Shown piece after piece: positions 13,141 to 23,058 of a DNA stretch of 64,000 nt; the stretch's first letter is position 1, and every line of letters starts with the position of its first letter. The position numbers were made by a program, and so were the translations under genes. The DNA comes from Raillietiella orientalis (Eukaryota). The stretch is taken from positions 4,092,001 to 4,156,000 of the forward strand of contig JAYWIR010000003.1 in the NCBI GenBank assembly GCA_036172245.1, read 5' to 3'. Below the pieces are notes generated by a model. The model had not been told where the DNA came from and searched no databases. It saw only the letters and a program-made list of their open reading frames with translations.

Positions 13141-13545
13141 ACAGAGAAGACAGAAAAGGAAGATTTCCATCATCGTTGAGGGGGAGGGGACCAAGTCTTC
13201 CGTCGCACCTCGGACTTGGTCGTCCCCTCGGCCCGGTTCTGCTCTGCAGCCCCTGCGGCAACGTGCACGCACACACTTCGGCGGCACGAGCTCCGCTTTT
13301 CTAAACGCGTCTTTTTCCGCGGTAGGGGGTCGAATCGGAACTCGCTGAAGCAAATGCTCAAGAGATTCACTCCTTTGCCGTCTCTCCTAGCAGAAATCGA
13401 CAGCTGGAAGGTTTTTGCATGCACCCGATGAGACAACCGACATACGTCAAGTGCCTCAGCACGCACGAAAGACTTACACTTCTCAAATACACGCTTTCTT
13501 ATTGGCCGTTAGCGAGCTCGTCAGTTCTTTCACATGCAATTCTGC

Positions 13546-13612
13546 GGCCGCGTGGCTGTGACGGTCTGCGCACGTGGCACCACGCGTCGCGGGTTCGAAT
13601 CCCGCCAGGAGA
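13546..13612 (+). pseudogene. tRNA-derived sequence (SINE-like head; not a functional tRNA)
   Basis: A-box-like TGGCTGTGACGGT at 13553 and a perfect T-arm GCGGG-TTCGAAT-CCCGC at 13589-13605. The anticodon arm is shrunken (CGTGG-CA-CCACG) and the acceptor stem does not pair. Confidence 0.65.
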
Positions 13613-14130
13613 AGGAAGGGACGACGCCAAGAAATGGGACTGAGTCGTGGGTTTCGAGTCCTCCCCTCAGGACGACGCTTGGTTGGGCCAACCAATTCGG
13701 ATGTGGCGGGACTGATGGAAGCTGGAAACCCTAGGCTGCCCCCATTGACTGGCCGGTATTGGAAGTTGACTCTCGGAGTCCTTCCAGAAATCAAGGAAGT
13801 CCTTCGAGGTTCCCTGCGGGTTGTGAGAATGGAGCTGATTGATACCCCCCCTTTGAGGAGCGCCCTCCAGAGAAATTTGAAAGCGTACCTTGGGGATTCT
13901 CTTCAGAGGAGTGCAGACAAGAAGCAGATCCTTTCCAGGTGCCCTCCGGAGAAGAAACGAGGAATGGCCCACTCCGGGGGTTACTCCGTAGAGAATGAGC
14001 AAGGGGTTCCCTTCGGAGACAGCTAGGGAGAGGATGTGTTCCCTTCTGGGTTCTCTGCCAAGCGTAAGAGGAACAGGCACCTTCCTCCGGACAACCGTTC
14101 CTTCATTCATAGGGCGGCTTTCTCCCGGGG
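13546..14130. repeat. Dispersed repeat family, copy 2 (tandem to copy 1)
   Basis: Collinear similarity to 12413-13080, including both B-box-like modules, CCTTCCAG(G/A)AATCAAGGA and the TTCTCTTCAGAGGAGT core. Confidence 0.8.
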
Positions 14131-14603
14131 CACCCCCTATCTCGAAGATTGCCTTCCGGATAGCACTGAAGCTTCTTGGCAGCTCGCTTACTGCTGTCTT
14201 GGGGATTCCAGAGTTCTTTCAAACCACGCATCATCCTGTTTCCCGAGCTTCATCGGTTCGTTTCTTTCCTTTTTTTTCCTGAATTCTGTATTTCATGGTA
14301 AAGTGTTTCTCCGTAGCTGCAGCAGGTCCACGGCAAACTGAGCGCGTCGGTTCCACCCCTGTTTTCTGTCGAGGGAAACCGCAAAGTCCCTGTTGAACTT
14401 CCACTGTTCGTCGCAGGTGTCTCCTCACCCCTGTCTCAACACGTGTCGCGTTGTTGCAGGCGTCAACGTGCAGATTTGAAGCGTTCTGTTTGGTATCCAG
14501 AAACAACAACAACAAAAAAAAGTTTAGAAGGCAAATCCACGGGTTGGATGCGCTGCTTGTGCGTGGATCCCCAAACTCCCCAAACTAACCTCCAGGGCAA
14601 AAC

Positions 14604-14643
14604 CTTTTCCGGTTATGCAGACACCGCTGCATAACCGGAAAAG
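14604..14643. repeat. Perfect 17-bp inverted repeat with 6-nt loop
   Basis: CTTTTCCGGTTATGCAG-ACACCG-CTGCATAACCGGAAAAG. Confidence 0.9.
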
Positions 14644-17524
14644 TGATTCACGATGGGTTCCCATCATTTTCTTTTAGATGTGTGACGAAGTAGGCTTACC
14701 AGCCTCATGGTGAAAAGGTCGATCACGACTTGGGAAAAGGTCACGATGGCCGGACAAAGAAACCCTCTGCGCCACATGCGGCCACCGCGTTCCTCGTGGC
14801 TGACCCAGAGGGTGGAATGGGTGATTGGACGAACATCCATTCCCAACATGTTTCGTTATTTAGAAGCCATACTGACCGTCAAGTTGGAATGATCGGTATT
14901 CCGGAGAAACGTCGGGACACGAAAACCAATCACATGCGCGCATTCAAATTATTCTGGCACACGCTCTGCAAATCCCCATTGAGTGTTCACGACTTGAAGA
15001 TTCCTTCAACCACTGTGTATTCGGGCAAATTTATGCCCAGCTTGCAGAGTCGTATTTCGCGGTCTCAGCAGGCGCTTTCGTCCTGAGAAGAAAGCTGATG
15101 TTCTCCCGTGTCACGAGCTCGGAAAGACAGGACGTGCATTGAGTGTCTTTTGCGGCACGCGGTATCGAACGCTCGCATCCCTTCTGCCCTCATTTCTTTC
15201 CATGAGGGCCCGGCATCCAGCGAGAATGGCACAGACAAGCTCTGGCACAGATGGAACAAGCTTCTCGGTAGTGGGTGAAAAGGAAGTTCGCGCCAAACGG
15301 TACTGCAGGAGCTGCTGTTAGAGCGAGCCAACACGAGGCTGCCAACCGGGTCACTCCTTCCAACGGAATCGTTCGTGATGTAGCAAATGCAGGGCAAAAT
15401 CTCTTCTTTCTCGTGTCATCTCACTACTTGTCGGTCTGCAAACTCCGGAAGGCTGGCAGAAATCGGTAGCAGAGACTCTGCAAGAGGAGGAGATGAGAGC
15501 CGTTTTTCCATAGCTTTCAGTGAGCAGAGGAAGAGATCGAACAATCTGGAAATCGCCGTCCTTTTGATGTCGGTTCGCATTCAGCCATCTGGGGCGACTT
15601 TTCGCAGCACGAGTAGGTCGCGCTTTACTCGCGCCAGTTCTCTCCCTTCTCCTGCCCGTCAACGGTGCATGCGGACACCCAAATCCTTCCTTCCTCCTAC
15701 CCCGGGGTCCGCCGTGCTGCAATTCAGACGAAGGAGACGATCGCTTCTCGGCCTTGTGGCTAAGACCAAAGGGACCCCACTGTCCTTGGTGCTCTGGATT
15801 GCCACGGCTGTGTGTAGATGGGCCACAGCAATCCCGAGAGGCGAGGTTCGCTGGCTCTGTCGAACCACGCTGCCACAAGTCAGCCGCAGTGAGGTTCACC
15901 TTGTCCGTCACCGTTGATGCTCAAAGATGAACCACTTTCCTTCTAGCCCCACCAAGATGACCCCGTAACTACGGGGGATGAGGCATTCTAAAAAAGGCCT
16001 TCTCCTTCCACTGTTACTCCACCGTAATTGAATTCGTGGTTGCTTGTTTTGGTATCCATAAGCTCTTGTTAGTAAATATTGTGCTTGACTTATTCGCTAA
16101 CAGCGTATAAGACAAGCATCCTAACGAGAATTACTATAAAGATTAATAACACATCATTCAAGAGTAGCGTTTCTACACGATCATTGGAGATTATTCTTTA
16201 TAATAATGTCCCTTCATTCAACTCTATCATCAATGTTCTATTTCAAGTGCATTTCATTAAATTACGTGGTAATGCATATAAATATAATAACATATTCAAG
16301 AATTGCATCAAAATATGGTAAGAATAATACACCTAATAATAACATAATATATGTGTTACATAAATGTAATTATGACTGTAATTATGTCTTTTGCCCAAAT
16401 AAGGGGATGTTTTGCTCGTTTTCGTGAAGCAGTAGCTCAGCGGGCGAGCTGCAACGAATTCGGATTTTGTATTTCTTTTCATAATTTCATTCAGGAAAGA
16501 CATATTTTAATGATATCAAAAATAATCATCAAATTTTATTCTATGATATTGATTTTTATTGAGTAATTATTATTATTTTCATTGCTACATTTTATTTGAT
16601 ACCTGAAATTTAATATGATACCCATAATATCTTGAAAGTTTTAGAAACATACGCTTTGAATAAGATAGCAACCCTAAATGTTTAGATTCATAACAAATGA
16701 TTTACATTCTATATTATAGTAAGGACACATAAATCAAATAATAAGATTCAAATTTTTGTGAAATATAGAAAATTTGATTTTAAGTTTATAGAATTTAAAG
16801 TTGAAAAATTTTTACTTTTGTAAACTTCGATATAAACGTGTACATATTAAATGTAATGACTGTAATCATTTGTTTTGTTTTTGTAAAGCGATAGCTCGGC
16901 GGGCAAGCCTGGGAAAGGGAGCATTTGAGCGGACCGGAAGGCGTTAAGAAACCGACCAGAAAGCGTGCGTGTGCCTCCCTCTTCCACGAGATCATGCCGC
17001 GTCTCCCGTGAGCTGCTTGGCAGCATTGACTGCATCAAGGCGGATGGGCCTCAAGGATAAAGAAGAAGAGGATTTGGGGCGATGAACGCCAGTAGAGTCT
17101 TAACGAAATCACGAGACTCTACTTTCATTCTTCACAGGAGGGAAGGCCATATCTTAAGCGGTGTGAGCACCCGGAAGAGCACCATGAACCAGCATCGCAA
17201 GCCCGAAGGATATGAGAGGACACGGGTCAGCTTCCTCGCCGGTTCAGAGGGCAAGACGCCTGACTCGTAACCGGAGGGAAGCCATCTGCATTGGCGAAAA
17301 TGCGGAAGAACCCGCCGCGGTCTCGGAGGGCCAGTCATTGAAAGCCAACCACATCCAGCGGCATCGTTGCGGCAGGATAACTTACTTTCAGTCATCCTCC
17401 ATCAAAATCCGCAGTCCTCCGTCATGAAAGTCGTTAGGAAGATGCTCGTCTTTTGGAGGCTCAGAAGCACGTGCTTCTGGGAGTCCTTGCGCACGACTCA
17501 AAGAAGGCCGCGTTGCTTTGCTCG

Positions 17525-17565
17525 CTGCCAGCACCTAGAAGAGAAGAGGAGTGCGGATGCAGGCG
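17525..17565. repeat. 41-bp inverted repeat arm (partner at 19056-19096)
   Basis: The reverse complement matches 19056-19096 at 40 of 41 positions. Confidence 0.9.
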
Positions 17566-17960
17566 AACACACAGAGGCTCCTCCTCTTGGTGCTTTCAAG
17601 ACGGAAGAAACCGCAGGGGTAAGGAAGAAAGAAGTTCTCAACTCTCGGCACGATGCGGCAGGGTGCTCTGTCACGCCCTTCTTCAGCTGCACGGGGTCTC
17701 TGGATGAGCTTGTCCAATGTCTTGGCCAGTTCGACCTCGTGGAGGTCAGGAGGATGAAAGCGGCTGCGGTTCCAAGTACCGCCGGGAAAGGCCGACTCTG
17801 AGGGGACGGCCCAAACGGAACTGAGACGCAGATACCGATGGATCAGATGGCTGCAGCCTCTCGTCGCAAGAAGACGAGAAAGCCACAGAAGTTTGCTGAG
17901 GTCGGCGTGGCAGCTCAGGGAAGGAGGAGGAGGACGGAGGAAACGGGAACGGCTCAGCGA

Positions 17961-18370
17961 CGGTGGTTTAGTCAAAATCCCAGGCGTTGAAATCCCGAAT
18001 CTCGAAAGATCATAAGGAATAAATCTATCCGCTTAATTATGTAGATGGATACGTATATTTGTATACAGATTAATATGCATTATAAAAATCATTAAAAATA
18101 AATATATCTATCTTACGTATATGTATATATTATAAAGATTAAAAAATCAATATCTCTGCTTATCTTGTATATTAATATATATTCATATACATAATAAATA
18201 TATATTAAATGAATGCATAAATATCGAATTATAAGCATACATATTTGTTAAACGAACAAAATACCGAACATATTATGGATACACATGTACATCAATATAT
18301 ACGATAAGCACATGCATTTACCTTTTATGATCTTTCCAGATTTCGGCATTTGTGATTTTGATCGGTACCG
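17961..18370. mobile_element. Non-autonomous DNA transposon (MITE), possibly MULE/Mutator-like
   Basis: Imperfect TIRs: left CGGT...TCAAAATC...AAATCCCGAATCTCGAAAGATCATAA; right (reverse complement) CGGT...TCAAAATCACAAATGCCGAAATCTGGAAAGATCATAA. They flank a ~300-bp very AT-rich core set in GC-rich DNA. The AAATCCC subrepeats recall Ricksha-type MULE termini (from memory, not searched). No TSD could be resolved. Confidence 0.7.
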
Positions 18371-18478
18371 CGGAGACCGGCAGCTACGGAAACGGCCCTA
18401 CCGCACGGCTATTGTGGCGCAGGGACCCCTCCGGCATCCCCTCCTCTCCCTCAGGCAGCCATCCCTGCACGGGCGATC

Positions 18479-19520
18479 ATGACCTCGTTTCAAATCCGAC
18501 GAAGAGTTCGCTTCCTTCTTCCTATCCTGGCGGCAGCAACGATGAGAGGTATCCATGGAAACGGCCCACGCTGCTTTCTGCTTCTCCTCCCTTTAGCTCT
18601 GAGAGATCCTCTTCCTCCCCACCCCATTCCACCCCAACCCGCGCACGGACCTATCTGTTCTTCCCTTTCCTCCTTAGAAAAAGATCGGATGATCATGGAC
18701 CAGGGCTTCGACCTGAACCCCTTGGTGGGCATCCTGCCCTCGGACCGCCGAACTCCCAGCAAACAGCACTCTGGAAACCTCTACTCGAGCCGTACGCTGA
18801 TGAACCAATGGTGGGACAAGAGGGCTTGGACGAACCCCGACTTTCCCAGGAAACCGTTTCCCGGGGAAGTCACCTGTGACAACTTCTCCACGAGGACCGA
18901 CGGGAAAAGGCGGGAAGTGTGGAAGGATTTCTGCGCCGACCGCAAGGTGAAAAGGGAGCGAGGAACTCAGCTTACGACCTCAGAGGGGTACGGGTTGGCT
19001 TACCCCTTGGGCGTAGGCGAGCGGACGAAGCTTCCCCGCTTCGAACGCGCTCGCGCGCCTGCATCCGCACTCCTCTTCTCTTCAAGGTGCTGGCAGGGAG
19101 CATCCTCAACCCTCCCGGGAAACTAGCCGAGCCTCAGGTGTCCTGCTATGATTACGTATTCAACAGGGGCAAGGACATCCACGCCTGGATGGACCCGCTC
19201 ATACGCCCGTGGGTGAGTTCCTCTTCTCTTTGTTCCAGTGCGTCCCCCATGACGCACACGTCGAAGAACTGTCTCACGGAGAAGGAATAAATGGGGGGAG
19301 GGACTCTCCCCTCCCTCTCTCCCTCTCTCTCAGCGGAATTTCGTTGCAATCGGACGGACGCAGAGATAACGGCGCTGCCGAAACGCACCGAGGTCCCCTT
19401 CTTGGCTTCCAAGGCGAACATCGTAGGCGATCATCCACGCCTCGCCGCCCACGCGTCTTCAAGAGAATCTTCACGTCCCGGCCATCCGCATCCCAGAGCG
19501 GAGGAAGGAGCGACATGGTG
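18479..19520 (+). CDS. Putative orphan multi-exon gene or pseudogene (5' part), unknown product
   Basis: ORF 18479-19126 begins MTSFQIRRRVRFLLPILAAATMR (signal-peptide-like). Short intron-like segments have pyrimidine-AG ends at 18596, 18678, 19086, 19239 and 19333. Exon-like peptides include QWWDKRAWTNPDFPRKP, VSCYDYVFNRGKDIHAWMDP and EFRCNRTDAE. No family recognised. Confidence 0.4.
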
Positions 19521-22500
19521 TAGGGACAGTGGGCATAGGGGAAGAGGTGCGAAAGAGTGGAGCCATGCCTTACCTACGAGTGGCTTGTTTGCACGAGCGT
19601 TGCGCGGCAACCGGGCCACTCGATGCGCACCATTTTGTTGAAAGGCCTAGGCGGCCTCTTTGCGTATGCCGTCGCTTTGCGATCTCACGTTGAAGGGAAG
19701 GAGAGGAAAAAAAAACCCTGTGAATTGCATAAACTGCATCCTGGATTTTGGAGTGCACCGTCCCTGTGCAGCTGCGAACCGGATTCTGATTTTCAGTGGA
19801 TTAACTCGAGTGATGATGTCATAGGAACGTTGCACAAGGATTGCATCAAATGCAAATAGAGAAGGAAATAGCATGACTCAGGAAAGCATGCTCGAAGAAG
19901 CCTCAGGAGATGAACAACTGGCTCCGTGCAGGATCGTGCACCAGAGAACACCCGGTGTTTTGAGGTATGTGGAGATCCTCGCAATCGAGTTCGATTTTAA
20001 AGCATCCAGTCTCTTTGTCTATGAAGAGTGAATTGGCTCCTTATCTTAGGAACTTTTGAACCGGTCTTGCACTTTCTCGCCCACGGTGCGGAAGCACGGA
20101 AATCTGCAGTCGAGCAAAGGCAGATCGAATCGTTTTAGTAGGCAGCGTGCGAGTGGTAGAAGCAAAAGTTGATGCCGCAGCTTTTGTGGGAAGTAGGCTG
20201 AATCTTTGGGTAGAATTTCTTTCGTTGACAATCGCACTGAAGACGAATCCAATCCAAGGCACAACCGAGAGGCGCGTTACCACCAATATTATTCGATACG
20301 AATTCTTCCTAAAGCTACCGAAAAGATCCTTCCCAGAGCTCCTTGTAGATGCCTGGTTTTAGCGGCACGTCTTGTGTCCCATTGGACTTGTTGAGGGTTT
20401 CTTGCGTGAATGATCCAGAAGTGTGCACGCTTTGCTGTTTCGTACTAACGCAAGAGTCAAGAAGCAGAAAGTGATAGGCCTCAGAGCGTGCTTTGAGCAA
20501 GAAGTTGGGGAGAAGTTTCGTTGTTGGCAATGAGTAGTAGAATTTCCAATAGCAGCCTAGCCAGTCTCGTTGCCCCACCCAACTTGTCCCTCTGAGTCTT
20601 CGTTTCTGACAGAACGCGCGGTTCCCTTCTTTCAGCCGCGAGCTCTCTTTCTGTTTCGAGGATCCAATGGAAGCGAAAGAGTGTCTTCGACGGTGGATCA
20701 CGGTGAAGGGAAGCAAGCATGGAGTCGACGAAGAAGAGGGAGAGCGCGTGCACAGTCCAACGAGGACTTGTGTCGCTGCTGGTCAAAACCGGTTCCCGGA
20801 CCGAGGAAGGTCGAAGAGCTCTCAGAACCGCCTCCGGAAGAAACAGAGGCAAGCTGGACATGACATCCGACCCCGGAGCGAGTCATTGCTGGGCAATCCA
20901 TCGTGGGAGTTGTGGGGGGCAGCCTTCCGAATATCGACGTCTCTTGCAGCCTGGCTTTCAGCATTTGTGAAGGGCTTGCCGAAGCGCAAGAGCAAAACCT
21001 CAGTGAGGCCTCCGGACAAGACACCTTCGTTACTAGAACTTATCCGCCCGGGGTGGCACCATCCGTGCTAACTGGGCAAGCGTTCAAGAAAGAAGGAACC
21101 GTTCGAAGAGAGGCAGAAGAATGAGGGGAAAGGGAAGCAAACTAAGACCGGTTGCCTCAGCATCCAAGAGGATGTTAAAAAATCAGCTTAGAAGAATGCG
21201 GGGTTCCGTTTACCTAAGAGACATGGGCGGATCTTTGAAAACAGCGTTCTGCTCTGAGATCTTGAGCATATGCGCATCCGAACAAAGGCGACGGCTTTAG
21301 AGGAAGACAGAACCTCCGTCTTCGCGCAAAAATGCGGCCCTCAGCAGCATCATCAGTCTTTCTGAGGAGGGGGGGAGGGAGTATGGAATCTCAGTGGGAC
21401 AACGGCTTGCAGACGACAGCTATCTTCCTTGTTCTTCCGCCGCAGCCTCAGACGAACTACGGCTTAAAGCAGAAACTGGAAGCCAAGTGGAGGAAAGCAT
21501 GCAGGAGATGCTCTGAGACCTCGGCCACGAAGCCCGCAGAGCTCCAAGCGGAGTCGATGCATCTTTGCGAGCCGTTCACGGACAGGTATTCGCGCCCGTG
21601 CGGGAACTTCTAGCTCCTCTCTCACCCTTTCTCGCTCCTGGTGCTCATGAGCAAGGAGCAAGAGAAGGCGAGCCCGTGTTCACGACCCATTCCTCTCTTC
21701 TTTCTTCCTTCCTGACGCCTCCATGACTGGAGATCACCTGGCGGAAGGCTCTTGGCAGGCAACAAACAGCTTCCCTTTCTCAGAAGGCTCAGAAGGAAGA
21801 GGAAGAAAGGGAGTGGCCACAACACGAAGAGGGGGATTTTTGCGGCAGGAGCTTCCTAAATAGGCAAGCGGCGCGTGCACACTCGTGTGAACGTCAACGC
21901 ACCTGGTGCTAGCGCCGCCGCTCGTGGCAACTCTCCGGCGGTCACAGCCGAAGTCACAGCCGCACATCGTACACGCACACCTGCGGTCCCAATAAGGTAG
22001 CGCACACTTGATTGTTGCGCACCTTCCGTTACAAAGTGACGCACATCCCTGCGTGTGAGAGCCACTACAGCGTAGTACAGCATAACGACGTGCACGCTAT
22101 TGAGCACACCTTTAGCACAGGTCGTCCTGCGCTACACGGCCACACTGCATGATCCACGAGCCGCCGTGGATGAGCAGCCTCGATACAAGAGCAGCAGGAT
22201 ATAGCATACGGTACGGAGTAGCTCATTATACTGCATGAATTGTATATGCCGTCAATATACAGCGTACTCTGTAGCGTTACGTCACACGATGCGCATACTG
22301 CGTAGCGCAGCATGCATGTCTTGGTACATAGGAAGGTACTGCACAGGAGATGGCGAAGCATGCTAGATGGAGCCATTCACATGGTGCAGCACGCTTCATG
22401 CCACACAGTATACTACACAGTACGTGGTTCATGGCATAGCGTTCCATTCCAGCACATACTACAGGATGCCCACTAGGCATGGTGCAATCATACATTGTAG

Positions 22501-22619
22501 GCATGCGTACATATAGCTTAACAGCGTACACTAGGTGTGCACAGCGTGCCACAGTGACCTGTAATAAGCACCGCTCCATCCTTTCCTGCAACCTCGATAC
22601 AAGAGCAGCCAGCTCACCT

Positions 22620-23058
22620 GCGCCAGCGTCACCAATGCTGCGGGAGCCAGAGCGTCGCGAATCCCGGATGCCTGCCTACCAGTGCCACGCGCAAGAGAGC
22701 ACACAAGATGACGGGGTCGTTTTCGTTTCCAGAACCAGCCCGCAGAAAGTGCTGGCATCGCACTACTCGCTGAAAGAGGTGCCTTTCCGGTGCTTCCATG
22801 GGGGCTTCTCGGAATTCGCCATCAAGCCTCTCACGTCTTTCAACAGGAAGGACCAGAGTAGCGTGGGGTACGAGTTATCCGTTGATGGTAGGTGGGGCTT
22901 CTCCCTAAAGCGAGGCCTGCCGTCCTCCCTCCTTCCTTCTCTCCCTCCCTTCGGTTGCAGACCTTCCAGGAAGAAAGCGGTCTGCGTCGGCGCAGACGTT
23001 CCCCGAGGTCCCGTTCAACACGAGGTTCCAGTCCATGCAGCTCGAGAACGAAGAGTGA
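22620..23058 (+). CDS. Putative terminal exons of an unknown gene (possibly the same gene as 18479-19520)
   Basis: A GT-AG intron at 22888-22960 joins ...KEVPFRCFHGGFSEF...GYELSVD to DLPGRKRSASAQTFPEVPFNTRFQSMQLENEE* in frame. Confidence 0.4.

Noticed and set aside
13546..13612. Functional tRNA gene
   Set aside because: No acceptor stem pairing and no 7-nt anticodon loop; kept only as a tRNA-derived head.
19920..19940. Peptide APCRIV shared with the minus-strand ORF at ~17650
   Set aside because: Only six residues with dissimilar flanks; compatible with chance.
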